A stretch of DNA of 64,000 bases from Candidatus Heimdallarchaeota archaeon (GCA_016840095.1 JAEOSZ010000031.1:160938-224937); one strand, 5' to 3'. Shown: positions 1 through 10,049, counted from the first letter of the stretch. Notes: generated from the letters alone by a model not told the origin. Translations and numbers: made by a program.

Positions 1-95
1 GTTTCGGAATAGGTCTTCCAGTTAACATTATCAACTACACTTCGAATGTTGTCCAATAATTCTAATACTTCTTCAGTATACAGTTTTCCTGTCAT
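1..95 (-). CDS. N-terminus of a CDS running off the window edge (possibly SIS-domain sugar isomerase)
   Basis: ATG at 95 opens MTGKLYTEEVLELLDNIRSVVDNVNWKTYSE... with no stop before the edge; the product guess rests only on vague resemblance to hexulose-6-phosphate isomerase N-termini. Confidence 0.5.
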   Translation of the reverse strand, partial: MTGKLYTEEVLELLDNIRSVVDNVNWKTYSE

Positions 96-221
96 TACTT
101 CCACAACGATTCAAGTGTATGGTTTCTAGCAAACCATTCGAAACCTTACGAGAATATAAAAGTTACATCAGTTTTTAAAATTACTCTTGAGGTAATAGCT
201 AAAAAGAAGAAAAAGGATAGA

Positions 222-1067
222 CTAGTTCTCAATAAAATAGAAGTGACATGACTTGTTGACAATCTTCCAGCAATCCTCAACTTTTAGCAGAGTTAGGTAA
301 TCTGTTGTATGTCCTATTCCTTTCGGAGTTAAAGCTTTCCAGTACATAACAGCAACAGCAGCAGTTCCTCTCTGATCTATTTGTTTGATTTCTGTTTCAT
401 ACTTTACTCCATCAGTTTTATGTGTTTCAAGAACCTCTTTCCAAACAGCATATGGTCGAAATTGATTCCTAAATTTCTGAGTATCTTGGTCAACTGAATT
501 TAATCTCATTGATGGATGAAATGTATGTTTTATCTTTTCTAGATCCCAATCATGAAATGCCTCTACATAAACTTCCAAACATTTAGTAATTTGTTCAATT
601 TCATCTGGATCATTAAATGGTAATGAACTCTCCCCATTGATTCTTTGTTCTAGCTCTGAATATTCAAGACTTACTGTGTGACCTGATTTGTTAACAATTT
701 TCCAGTCTGTATCAAATTTCATCAGTGTGAGATAATCCGTAGTATCTCTATAGTTCTGAGGATCATCCGCTAAGAATCTTACTCTTGCGAAGGCTACAGA
801 TTCATGTTGACTGATACTTTCAACGTTTACATAATAGTTTACTTCAGGATCATTTATTTGATTGCGTAGGAAATCTTCAACCCAACGATAGCAAAGGCCA
901 TTATAGAACCTGTTGCTTTCAGGAATGTACCAATATACCATAGAGTCAGAATGAAATGCACGAACTAATTTGTCTAGATTCCACTCATTAAATGCTTCCT
1001 CATATAATTGGATTGTTCTTTCTATGCTTTCAATTTCATGAGTTTCTCCCTTAAACATTAACTTCAC
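222..1067 (-). CDS. Tandem NTF2/SnoaL-like (lumazine-binding-2 type) two-domain protein
   Basis: Two repeats, each with Y-x-EAF..W.L.K...FH and DYLTL(M/L)K....WKIVNKS. Confidence 0.8.
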   Translation of the reverse strand: MKLMFKGETHEIESIERTIQLYEEAFNEWNLDKLVRAFHSDSMVYWYIPESNRFYNGLCYRWVEDFLRNQINDPEVNYYVNVESISQHESVAFARVRFLADDPQNYRDTTDYLTLMKFDTDWKIVNKSGHTVSLEYSELEQRINGESSLPFNDPDEIEQITKCLEVYVEAFHDWDLEKIKHTFHPSMRLNSVDQDTQKFRNQFRPYAVWKEVLETHKTDGVKYETEIKQIDQRGTAAVAVMYWKALTPKGIGHTTDYLTLLKVEDCWKIVNKSCHFYFIEN

Positions 1068-1073
1068 CTCTTC

Positions 1074-1466
1074 TTATTCTTCTGCTATACCATAAATTTT
1101 TGATACTATTTTCCAATCTGTTTTTATCTTAATCAGAGAGATGTAATCAACATAAATTCTACTAACATCTCCTCTCTTTTCTTGCCATTTTAGTTTAACA
1201 CAAGATGCGTTATCATAGAAGTCAATACTTTTAATTTCAGCTTTTTGAGTTAATTTGATAGTGGGTTTTGATGAAGGTCTGGATTCAAGCATGGTAATAG
1301 TTCTTAGAGATTCAGAATCTGAATCATAGGATATCTTCAGTCCTTGGGGATGCCAAGAGCTTTCTGCTTTGTCAAAGTCGAATTCTCGAACACCTTCTAC
1401 ATATTTGAGAATCGCATCCTCAATCTTTTCTTTCTCTTTGCTTTCTACTGCTTCCATCATTATCAC
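1074..1466 (-). CDS. NTF2/SnoaL-like (lumazine-binding-2 type) single-domain protein
   Basis: YVEG...WHP and DYISLIKIKTDWKIVSK; paralog of the adjacent gene. Confidence 0.8.
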   Translation of the reverse strand: MIMMEAVESKEKEKIEDAILKYVEGVREFDFDKAESSWHPQGLKISYDSDSESLRTITMLESRPSSKPTIKLTQKAEIKSIDFYDNASCVKLKWQEKRGDVSRIYVDYISLIKIKTDWKIVSKIYGIAEE

Positions 1467-1540
1467 TCAGAAGATTACAGTACCTCGTCTGTTGTAAGAC
1501 AACATCGTAAACATGTTGAAAATAATATGCGCTGGTCGGT

Positions 1541-1558
1541 TGTGCAAACCAATGCACA
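1541..1558. promoter_or_regulatory. Candidate operator palindrome TGTGCA-N6-TGCACA next to a minus-strand TATA box
   Basis: Perfect 6-bp arms (1541-1546, 1553-1558) abutting TTATATA at ~1560-1566. Confidence 0.4.
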
Positions 1559-1687
1559 CTTATATATCTTACTAACAATGTCTTGTGGAAATTTTTACTT
1601 TAATTTTGAAGAATTCTAATTACTTTGTAGGTATGTTCATTATTACAATATGTTTATAAATTTTCAAAAGAAACTTATACGATTCAA

Positions 1688-2614
1688 ATGAAAAACAGCC
1701 AAAGAAATCAACTACTTTCTATTATCTCAATCTTAATTTTTGTAAGCTCTTTTTCGATATCATCACTACAATCACAAGCTAAGACAGATTTTATTTCTCA
1801 ACCAATACAGGTATCAACTTTAACTCCTAGTGAGTCTATTCTAATATATAACAATGGTAATTTCAGTGACTACTCATTACCTGGAACTGGTACTGCACAA
1901 GATCCCTTTCGAATTGAAAATTATAATGTCACAACTCTAAATAATATTGGAATAAAGGTTCAAGACACAACAGATCATTTTGTAATTCAGAATTGCTATA
2001 TTGATGCATCCTTTACAGGTATAGCAGTAAATGGCGTCACACCAGGAACTGGGAAGATTTCTAATGTGATATGTGTAAATCATGAATATTATGGAATTGC
2101 TATAGTTGCATCTCAAATTACTATAGAGGATAGCTTAATCAAAGAAAGCACAGAGAATTTTGGTTGGGGAATACTATTGTTAGAATCTTCTGAAATCAAT
2201 ATAACTAATAATACTTGTTTAAACAATAATTATGGATTAATTGTCCAAGACTCAAACTCTAGTTATATACACTATAATACATTTGAAGATAATATAGATC
2301 ATGGAGTATATCTGCAATCTAGTTCAAAAAATAATATAGTTCACCACAACAAATTCATTAACAATAATGAAGGGGCATCTCATCAAGCAAGTGATGATGG
2401 AACTGATAATGTTTGGTATGAAGAATCTACAAAAGAGGGGAATTATTGGGACAATTGGAACGATCCAAAAACACCTGTTCCAATTTTAGGCTCAGCTGGG
2501 AGTGAAGACCCCTATCCTTTGGAAGAAGATCTTACTAGAGAAGCTAATCTCTACTTAATATCGATACTTTTTGGTTTAGTACTTATTGCATATAGAAGAA
2601 GAAAGAAGAGTTAA
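1688..2614 (+). CDS. Secreted right-handed parallel beta-helix (NosD/CASH-like) surface protein with C-terminal anchor
   Basis: Signal peptide; N-x-I..NN..G(I/L) repeats; GNYW...DPYPL cap; TM helix followed by RRRKKS. Confidence 0.85.
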   Translation: MKNSQRNQLLSIISILIFVSSFSISSLQSQAKTDFISQPIQVSTLTPSESILIYNNGNFSDYSLPGTGTAQDPFRIENYNVTTLNNIGIKVQDTTDHFVIQNCYIDASFTGIAVNGVTPGTGKISNVICVNHEYYGIAIVASQITIEDSLIKESTENFGWGILLLESSEINITNNTCLNNNYGLIVQDSNSSYIHYNTFEDNIDHGVYLQSSSKNNIVHHNKFINNNEGASHQASDDGTDNVWYEESTKEGNYWDNWNDPKTPVPILGSAGSEDPYPLEEDLTREANLYLISILFGLVLIAYRRRKKS

Positions 2615-2695
2615 ACCTTCTATTTTCTATTTTTTCGCAGTTGTCCACGTATTAGTGTTCACAAAATTGTTAAAGTGATTATGTGATTTTGACTT

Positions 2696-3661
2696 GTGAA
2701 TATCTTAATAACTGGAGCTTTTGGAAATCTTGGACTTAGCACAATAAAATCCTTAGTTAATACTAACCACCAAATAACTTGTTTTGATTTACCTACAAAA
2801 CAGAACAAGAAAACTTATCGAAAATTATCAAAAGAGCATGATATTTCTGTTGTTTGGGGGAATATTCTAGATAAAACAAGTATTTTTCTTGCAACAAAAG
2901 ATAAGGACTGTATTATACATCTAGTGGCAATTACACCTCCTTTGTCAGAAAGACTACAAGAATTTGCATATAAGATCAATGTTCAGGGAACTAAGAATTT
3001 AGTTGATGTACTTAAGAAACAAGATCTTTCTCCACGAATAATCTATGTAAGTTCAGTAACTGTTTATGGACCACGTCATCCTGAATCTTCCTTATTAACA
3101 GTAAACACACCTGTAAACCCATCCGATGTCTATTCAAAAACAAAAGTTGAGGTTGAGGAGATTTTAGGAAATAGTAATTTTTCTTGGGTAATATTGAGAT
3201 TAACAGCTGTTCCTGATTTGAAGCTCTCAGGGAATATCAAACTTGAACCCATTTATTCCATTCCACTTATGCAAAAAATAGAATTTCTCCACACTTACGA
3301 TGCTGGTACTGCAATAGCAAATTCTGTAGATATTACTCTAGTAAACAAAATTTTTCTTGTTGGTGGTGGAAAAAATAATCAATTCACAAACAAAGAATTT
3401 CTTGGTAGATATTTCAGGATTTTAGGCTTAGGTAAACTCCCACTGAAAATCTTCAAATTACCAAAATCAGAAAGTGATTGGTATTATACTCACTGGATGG
3501 ATACTGAAGAGTCTCAAAATATTTTGAAATATCAAAATCATAGTTATGATGATTTCTTAGAAAAATTCAGTATGAATTTTGGCGTTTTAAGGTATATCAT
3601 GATAGTTTTAAGACCTCTAATAAAAATGATTATCAAGAAAAAATCCCCTTATAGAAAATAG
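2696..3661 (+). CDS. NAD-dependent epimerase/dehydratase (extended SDR)
   Basis: ITGAFGNLG, IN(V)QGT, SS..VYG, YSKTK catalytic YxxxK. Confidence 0.9.
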   Translation: MNILITGAFGNLGLSTIKSLVNTNHQITCFDLPTKQNKKTYRKLSKEHDISVVWGNILDKTSIFLATKDKDCIIHLVAITPPLSERLQEFAYKINVQGTKNLVDVLKKQDLSPRIIYVSSVTVYGPRHPESSLLTVNTPVNPSDVYSKTKVEVEEILGNSNFSWVILRLTAVPDLKLSGNIKLEPIYSIPLMQKIEFLHTYDAGTAIANSVDITLVNKIFLVGGGKNNQFTNKEFLGRYFRILGLGKLPLKIFKLPKSESDWYYTHWMDTEESQNILKYQNHSYDDFLEKFSMNFGVLRYIMIVLRPLIKMIIKKKSPYRK

Positions 3662-3703
3662 TTTTCAGATAAACTAATATTCTAGAAATTAGAAATTTAT
3701 AGG

Positions 3704-4552
3704 ATGACTGAAAATCCTGTTGAATCTGAGTTTCTTGAAGATGTTAAGAATTGGTTTTTACAGAATCATATAGAAGATACAGTTAGAGCTGTCTTATTGA
3801 TAGGTTCGTGGGCTGAGGATCGAGCTAAGAAGTTGAGTGATGTCGATGTTTTAATTGTTAAAGAAGATCAAACTCCTTTCATACAGAATGTCAAAATACC
3901 TTATGAAGAACGCATTCTTGATGTATGGTATCATAATGAGGACTATATGAAAAGTACTATCAACAAGAAAATCGAAAACTTAGGAGACATTTATCAGATT
4001 TCTCTATATCTGTCATTTACTAAGTCATGTAAGATTTGGTATGAGAAAGATAATTTTGTACAACAGCATCTACAAGTTTGTAAGGAATGGCAGTGGCAAC
4101 CTGAACACAGAATATACATCAAGATGATGGGAGAACCTCCAAACACTAAGTGGGCTGCTAGAGCTTATGAGGAAAATCTTAAGCTCCTAAGCTTGTATGA
4201 AAACCGATTTGATAATGGACAAGCACTAACTCATAGACTGAAAGACTATGTGGAAATGTATGAAGAAATTGAAGAGGAGAAGGTTATTGACTTGTACAAG
4301 AAAATTGTTTCTCTTTACAGTCACATAAAATCAGAAAGAGAGTGGACAGAAATAACAGATGCTAGGAAAGCTATTCAAGAAAAGAATTGGTCTCTTGCTT
4401 TTGTATCTTTGAAAGATGTTCTTTACTACTTATTGAAAAGATATATTTCTCCACCTTCTATGGAGTTAAGAGATCCTAGCTTCTGGAAACTAGCAGAAGA
4501 AAGAATACTTCCACAAGAGTATATCAGAGCTCTAGAATTAGCATACTTGTAG
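3704..4552 (+). CDS. Pol-beta superfamily nucleotidyltransferase domain protein with helical C-terminal region
   Basis: LLIGSWA...SDVDVLIV motif (GS-x9-DxD) and a third Asp in ILDVW. Confidence 0.75.
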   Translation: MTENPVESEFLEDVKNWFLQNHIEDTVRAVLLIGSWAEDRAKKLSDVDVLIVKEDQTPFIQNVKIPYEERILDVWYHNEDYMKSTINKKIENLGDIYQISLYLSFTKSCKIWYEKDNFVQQHLQVCKEWQWQPEHRIYIKMMGEPPNTKWAARAYEENLKLLSLYENRFDNGQALTHRLKDYVEMYEEIEEEKVIDLYKKIVSLYSHIKSEREWTEITDARKAIQEKNWSLAFVSLKDVLYYLLKRYISPPSMELRDPSFWKLAEERILPQEYIRALELAYL

Positions 4553-4560
4553 CGTATTTT

Positions 4561-5013
4561 TTACTTTATTAAGTGCTTAAATTTAATTTGAAAATCTAAT
4601 ATGATCTGCTCCAGTTTCTCTACGAAATTTTCAGTTTGAAAATATATCGCTTTGTTCAGATACCCGTCCAACTCGTCCCAGTTGACAATTTCATAAACCA
4701 ATCGTAAAAATCTTTTTGCACTAGAAGAACGAACCCTTGGATATAAACCTACAACTAGGATGAAATCTTCTTTGGTGCGAAAATAATAGTTTACTCCTTC
4801 CATTTGAATAGAATAGAGCTCAGAACCAAGTTCTCTCGAGAAAGCTATCATAGCTGCACTGAAGCCAGAAAAGAGAAGCTCATCCATTACTTCACTGACA
4901 TACGATCGATGAAAAACTGCTAAACCACTCAAATCAACAACTGTAAATCGTAACAAAGGTGGTTTCGCGGGAATGTCTGGTTGTTCCCTTATGATAGAAG
5001 CTTCAAAATTCAA
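4561..5013 (-). CDS. Longin/roadblock-like small protein (Asgard-type)
   Basis: beta-beta-alpha-beta3-alpha pattern: FTVVDLSGLAVF..DELLFSGFSAAMIAFSRELG..LYSIQM..YYF...FILVV; TTG start with GGTG upstream. Confidence 0.65.
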   Translation of the reverse strand: MNFEASIIREQPDIPAKPPLLRFTVVDLSGLAVFHRSYVSEVMDELLFSGFSAAMIAFSRELGSELYSIQMEGVNYYFRTKEDFILVVGLYPRVRSSSAKRFLRLVYEIVNWDELDGYLNKAIYFQTENFVEKLEQIILDFQIKFKHLIK

Positions 5014-5130
5014 ATAAGCACCTTTTTTCTAATCAAGATTCAATATACAGAACCATGTAATAAAAGTGTGTCGTAAGAAATAGTACCAGGAGAAAAATTC
5101 CTTCTGGAAAACACTTTTAATCTATCTAAA

Positions 5131-5928
5131 ATGTTTCATCATATGCGAGCAATTATTGTACTAACTCATTCTGAATGTAAAAGACTGATTGCTAAAGGTA
5201 TAGCTGAACTTCCAGAAGTGAAGGAAGCTTTAGAAAAACATAGAATTTTTGTCTCAAGAGGTTCCACAAACGCTTATGTGTTAGAGGAGCTACTTGGAGA
5301 ACCAATCGAAAAACGTCATTATGTTGCAGGACAAATGACCGGAGATAAAAAAACACTTTATCGTTTTGGAAGTCTAAGAGCAGAGAAAAGATTGAAAGAA
5401 ATCGTAATAGACAAAGGAGTAAAGAAAGAAGTAGATGATTTCAAGGAAGCCCTTTTAGAATTTGAACCAGGAGATCTAATCTTCAAAGGAGGAAACACTC
5501 TAGGAAGTGATGGTGTTGCTGGAGTGTATATGGCTCATCCAATTGGTGGAACAATAGGAGGAATTTTACCTATTGCTTTAGCTAGAGGCATTGAGATTTT
5601 TGTTCCGATTAGCTTATCGAGAAGTGTTGATGATAGTGTTTGGGAATTATCTCAGATTATGGGAAATCAAACGATAGATAAAGAATATGCAATGGGATTA
5701 CCAATTGGAATAATGCCTATCCCAGGAGAAGTATTTACCGAATTAGAAGCATTTGATATTCTTTATCCTGAAGTAAATGTTTTTCACATAGGCTCAAGTG
5801 GAGTAGGTACTGGGGAAGGATCTTTACACTTTCTGTTTGTTGGAGAAGATGAAAAAGTTAAAGCTGCTTATCAAGGTATGGTAAAATTAGCTAAGTCAGA
5901 TACAAAGTATGTTCCAGATACAGATTAA
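5131..5928 (+). CDS. Conserved hypothetical protein (Gly-rich alpha/beta); true start probably 5143
   Basis: LT..E.KRLIAKG, GSTNAYV, KGGN, GGTIG motifs; TATA-like TTTTAA about 25 nt upstream of the ATG at 5143. Confidence 0.7.
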   Translation: MFHHMRAIIVLTHSECKRLIAKGIAELPEVKEALEKHRIFVSRGSTNAYVLEELLGEPIEKRHYVAGQMTGDKKTLYRFGSLRAEKRLKEIVIDKGVKKEVDDFKEALLEFEPGDLIFKGGNTLGSDGVAGVYMAHPIGGTIGGILPIALARGIEIFVPISLSRSVDDSVWELSQIMGNQTIDKEYAMGLPIGIMPIPGEVFTELEAFDILYPEVNVFHIGSSGVGTGEGSLHFLFVGEDEKVKAAYQGMVKLAKSDTKYVPDTD

Positions 5929-6029
5929 ATCTTTTTTTATCTTTTTCATTTTTATTTTTGTAAGAAGTGATAGTATAAAAATTCAATTCTAATTAGATTC
6001 AGTTAGACTAATTTTATTTGGTGTAATAA

Positions 6030-7655
6030 ATGAATGATGGTATATTCCAAATTCCAAAACCAAAAAATGAACCAATACTAGGATTCCTTCCTGGAAGCAA
6101 AGAAAGAAAGGAATTGAGAAGAGTTCTTGAAACTATTCAAAATAAGTTTGAAATACCTCTCTTCATAGATGGTATAGAAATTAAAACAGATGATAAGGGA
6201 AAATCAGTTGCTCCACATAATCACTCACATGTTTTAGCAGAATACAATAAAGCAGGTGTAGAAGAAGTAGAAGAAGCAATTGAAGCATCTCTAAATGCAA
6301 AAGAAGATTGGGAAAATATGCATTGGGCAGATAGAGCTTCAATTTTCTTAAAAGCTGCAGATCTAATGGCTGGACCTTATAGACAATACATGAATGCGGC
6401 AACGATGCTAGGTTTAAGTAAAAACGTTTACCAAGCTGAAATAGATGTAGTTGAAATGATTGATTTCTTCAGGTTCAATGCTTATTTCATGCAAGAAATT
6501 TACTCTAAACAACCTGAATCGGCAGAAGGTCAATGGAACAGATTAGAGTATCGTCCTTTAGAAGGATTTGTGTTCGCTATTACTCCCTTTAATTTTATAT
6601 CCATTGCTGGAAATCTTCCCTCTACTCCTGCAATGTTAGGAAACACAGTAGTCTGGAAGCCAGCTTCTTCAGCTGTATATCCCGCATACTACCTAATGTC
6701 AACACTGATTGAAGCAGGACTCCCACCTGGAGTGATTAATTTTGTTCCAGGAAAAGGAGCCGTTGTTGGAAAACAAGTTTTGAATCATAGAGATCTTGCA
6801 GGTGTTCATTTCACAGGAAGTACAGGTACTTTTCAATGGATCTGGAAAACGATAGGTAACAATATAACCTCATACAGAACCTACCCTAGAATTGTTGGAG
6901 AGACAGGAGGAAAAGATTTCATCATAGCTCATTCTTCTGCAGATATTGATGCTGTTTCTACTGCATTGATAAGAGGAGCTTTTGAATTCCAGGGTCAAAA
7001 ATGCTCAGCAGCTAGTAGAGCATATATCCCTCAGAGTATGTGGGAGAAAGTAAAAACAAATCTTATTGAAACCACTAATGAAATCAAACAAGGCGATGTT
7101 GAAGACTTTACTACGTTTGTTAATGCAGTTATCGATCAACCAGCTTATAATAACATAAAACAGTATATTGAATTTGCACAGCAAGCAGAAGATGCAGAAA
7201 TTATAACTGGTGGAAACTATGATGATTCAGAAGGTTTTTTCATTGAACCGACAACTATTGTTACTTCGAATCCAAAGTTTAGAACAATGCAAGAAGAGAT
7301 TTTTGGACCAGTGCTAACAATTTATGTTTATCGAGATGAGAATTTCATAGAAACTCTTGAATTGTGTGATGACACTTCTCCTTATGCACTAACAGGTTCA
7401 ATATTTGCTAAAGAGAAGAAAGCTATTCAGCTGGCTAGTAAAATGCTTAGAAATGCAGCTGGAAACTTTTACATTAACTCAAAACCAACAGGAGCAGTTG
7501 TTGGTCAGCAACCTTTTGGTGGAGCACGAGCATCAGGAACTAATGATAAGGCAGGTAGTTATCTTAATTTGCTTCGATGGATTTCTCCAAGGACAATAAA
7601 AGAGACCTTCAACCCACCAAAACATTACTTATATGAGTATATGGAAGAAAATTAA
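6030..7655 (+). CDS. pruA: L-glutamate gamma-semialdehyde (P5C) dehydrogenase
   Basis: PFNF, FTGST, GETGGKDF, FEFQGQKCSA catalytic Cys, EEIFGP, KPTGAVVGQQPFGG. Confidence 0.95.
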   Translation: MNDGIFQIPKPKNEPILGFLPGSKERKELRRVLETIQNKFEIPLFIDGIEIKTDDKGKSVAPHNHSHVLAEYNKAGVEEVEEAIEASLNAKEDWENMHWADRASIFLKAADLMAGPYRQYMNAATMLGLSKNVYQAEIDVVEMIDFFRFNAYFMQEIYSKQPESAEGQWNRLEYRPLEGFVFAITPFNFISIAGNLPSTPAMLGNTVVWKPASSAVYPAYYLMSTLIEAGLPPGVINFVPGKGAVVGKQVLNHRDLAGVHFTGSTGTFQWIWKTIGNNITSYRTYPRIVGETGGKDFIIAHSSADIDAVSTALIRGAFEFQGQKCSAASRAYIPQSMWEKVKTNLIETTNEIKQGDVEDFTTFVNAVIDQPAYNNIKQYIEFAQQAEDAEIITGGNYDDSEGFFIEPTTIVTSNPKFRTMQEEIFGPVLTIYVYRDENFIETLELCDDTSPYALTGSIFAKEKKAIQLASKMLRNAAGNFYINSKPTGAVVGQQPFGGARASGTNDKAGSYLNLLRWISPRTIKETFNPPKHYLYEYMEEN

Positions 7656-7708
7656 GTCTAATTGCCTTCCTCACTAACTTTTTTACCTAATATATCAGAA
7701 TAACACTA

Positions 7709-8305
7709 ATGAAAATTTATCTTGTCAGGCATGGGGAAACCGAGTATGGAAAAAAACGTTATACAACAGGTCATATTGATATCCCTTTAAATGAAACTGG
7801 AAAACAAGAAGCTGCAGCTACAGGAAGATTTCTCAAAGATAAGAACATTACTAAGATATTTTCCTCAAGTCTTAGTAGAGCAAGTGAAACTGCAAAAATC
7901 ATAGCATCTGAACTTAATCTATCAGTTGTTGAATATGATGAACTGATGGAACATACTTCAGGTAATCTTGATGGTATCCCTATCGAAGAATTTTTTGAAA
8001 AAATGAACAGTGTTGGAGATTTTGAAAAGATGATTAGGAAAGCAGGAGGGGAATCACAAGAGGTATTCAGAAAGAGAGTTTGGGATAAACTACTGGATAT
8101 CGCAGAAGAAAACAACAGCCGCGGAGATGTCATAATTGTTACTCATGGTGTAGTAATTGGATCGATTCTAGCGAAAATTTTTGGGGTTCCTTTGTTGAGG
8201 AATTTATCACAAGCTAACTGTTGTATAAATATCATTGATTATAATGAAGAAAGAGAAGGTTTGTTTGGAGTTAAATTGATAAATCATACATATCATTTGA
8301 TATAG
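7709..8305 (+). CDS. Histidine phosphatase (phosphoglycerate mutase-like)
   Basis: LVRHGET, SS.L.RA.ETA, GGES, VTHG. Confidence 0.92.
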   Translation: MKIYLVRHGETEYGKKRYTTGHIDIPLNETGKQEAAATGRFLKDKNITKIFSSSLSRASETAKIIASELNLSVVEYDELMEHTSGNLDGIPIEEFFEKMNSVGDFEKMIRKAGGESQEVFRKRVWDKLLDIAEENNSRGDVIIVTHGVVIGSILAKIFGVPLLRNLSQANCCINIIDYNEEREGLFGVKLINHTYHLI

Positions 8306-8333
8306 TAGATTTTAGCATTATTTTTTCTTAATT

Positions 8334-8450
8334 AATGGAGCAATAGTCCGTCCAAAGGAAACTGTACCATACTTTGAGTGGCTAGCTCATTTAAAAGATA
8401 TAGAAGGAAATTTGTGGGATATACTGGACGATGTCCCTAAAGCAAATTAA
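8334..8450 (+). pseudogene. 3'-terminal relic of a VOC/glyoxalase-family gene
   Basis: Translates NGAIVRPKETVPYFEWLAHLKDIEGNLWDILDDVPKAN*, matching the VOC C-terminal D-x-E-G-N motif; in-frame TAG at 8313 and no start codon. Confidence 0.6.
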
Positions 8451-8451
8451 T

Positions 8452-9897
8452 TTATTTTTTATTCCTTCTTCTTCTCTTTACAATTGCATAATATACTACA
8501 GTAGACACAAACATTATCGGTATAAAATGCATTACACTTGCTTCTTTGGTTTCAGATATCGGATTATGTAATGGTTTTTTTAGTGGATAAAGATCCTTAC
8601 TATTTCCTTCTCCTGCTATTTTATAAGAACCAAATCCTGGCGAGAGCCAAAAATTTCCCTCTTTTAATGTCGAATTATACCACTGATTTCCGTCACCAAC
8701 ATCATACGCTTGCGATGAACGTCCTCCATTATAAAAGAAAGAATTATGGTACAAAACACTCCCATAATTAAATGAAAAATAACTATAAATATTAACTCCA
8801 TATTTAGTATTAGATTGAAAGAGATTAAACTCTACTATAGATTCAAACGTTTCAACTAGAGCAAGACCATTTCTACTGTTTCGGAAAAAAGTATTATTAA
8901 ACAAATGCACACTTAGTGATCGATAAATATGAATCCCATCTTTGAGATTATCACTAATATAGTTAGACATTATTTTGACATTAGATGCCGTATTCATTAA
9001 TAAACCAAAAAAACCACTTGACAAAACATTGTTTGATAGTGTTAAATTACTACAAACGACAACATGAATTCCTATATATGCATTAGAAAGATTTTGGTTT
9101 TTCACTACAACATTCGAATTATTAAGTAAAAATATCTGACCGTAATCATCTTGATCTATCATCATATTAGATTCATTAACAAAATATCCAAGTTTCTGCC
9201 CATTAACTATATTATTGTCTTCTACAGTGTTAGTTTTTGCATCCCATATTTCATTAGGACCACTCAACCCACAGTTAACAAAAACATTATTTCTAACCTT
9301 GCAGTTCTTAAAAATAGATATTCCATAATTTTTATTGTTTATGCAAGTATTGTTCTCGATCAAAGTATTATGTCCATCTACATGACTAAGACCATAATCA
9401 TTGTTTTTTATGGTGTTGTTAGCAACTACACAAGATTCAAACAAAAGCGCACCACGAAAAGAATTCTGAAAAGTATTATTAAAAAGATAGAATGTTTCAT
9501 GTTCTGATCCTCCTATTAATGCAGCCGTTCTAACAGATTGGAAAGTACAATTTTGTATGACAAAATAACAAGAAACCCCTTCAATTGAAAGAGCTTCCTC
9601 TTCTTCTGTTATAATTATTAGATCTTCAATAATAAAGGGATTATAATCAGAGCCATTTCCAGAGAACCCTAAATCTACAAAATCTTGATTATTACTAATA
9701 TCTATAGGTTCACTATTGGAAACATAATTCATTACAGGTTTTGAAGAAACATCCTCTACAATAAAAAATATGCTTATCATTGAAAAAACAACTAAATAAA
9801 GTAAAACTATACTCTTTCTACTTATCATTGTTATTTCAAAGCTATTAGGATATTTAAAATAGTTAAATCTTTCTGCAATTAGAACGATATTTCGCAT
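8452..9897 (-). CDS. Secreted parallel beta-helix (NosD/CASH-like) surface protein with C-terminal anchor; true start probably the Met of MISRKS
   Basis: Beta-helix repeats, GNFW...DLYPL cap, TKEAS + TM helix + KRRRRNKK. Confidence 0.85.
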   Translation of the reverse strand: MRNIVLIAERFNYFKYPNSFEITMISRKSIVLLYLVVFSMISIFFIVEDVSSKPVMNYVSNSEPIDISNNQDFVDLGFSGNGSDYNPFIIEDLIIITEEEEALSIEGVSCYFVIQNCTFQSVRTAALIGGSEHETFYLFNNTFQNSFRGALLFESCVVANNTIKNNDYGLSHVDGHNTLIENNTCINNKNYGISIFKNCKVRNNVFVNCGLSGPNEIWDAKTNTVEDNNIVNGQKLGYFVNESNMMIDQDDYGQIFLLNNSNVVVKNQNLSNAYIGIHVVVCSNLTLSNNVLSSGFFGLLMNTASNVKIMSNYISDNLKDGIHIYRSLSVHLFNNTFFRNSRNGLALVETFESIVEFNLFQSNTKYGVNIYSYFSFNYGSVLYHNSFFYNGGRSSQAYDVGDGNQWYNSTLKEGNFWLSPGFGSYKIAGEGNSKDLYPLKKPLHNPISETKEASVMHFIPIMFVSTVVYYAIVKRRRRNKK

Positions 9898-10049
9898 GCA
9901 ATATAGAATTTTGATCAGTTTCTTTTCGTTTCACGTAAATTCTTTAAAAGGCAAAAATAGCTTTTTAACTCTTTCTAAGCATAGAATCATCGTTGCTAGT
10001 GATTTGTTATATCTTTTCGTAATAACTATAGTTATCAATAAATTGTAGA

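Noticed and set aside
119-137. 7-bp hairpin ATGGTTT-CTAGC-AAACCAT upstream of the first partial gene
   Set aside because: Short, AT-rich and single copy; cannot be told apart from chance.
1344-1619. 91-aa + strand ORF
   Set aside because: Overlaps a real minus-strand gene and the divergent promoter region; no protein-like motifs.
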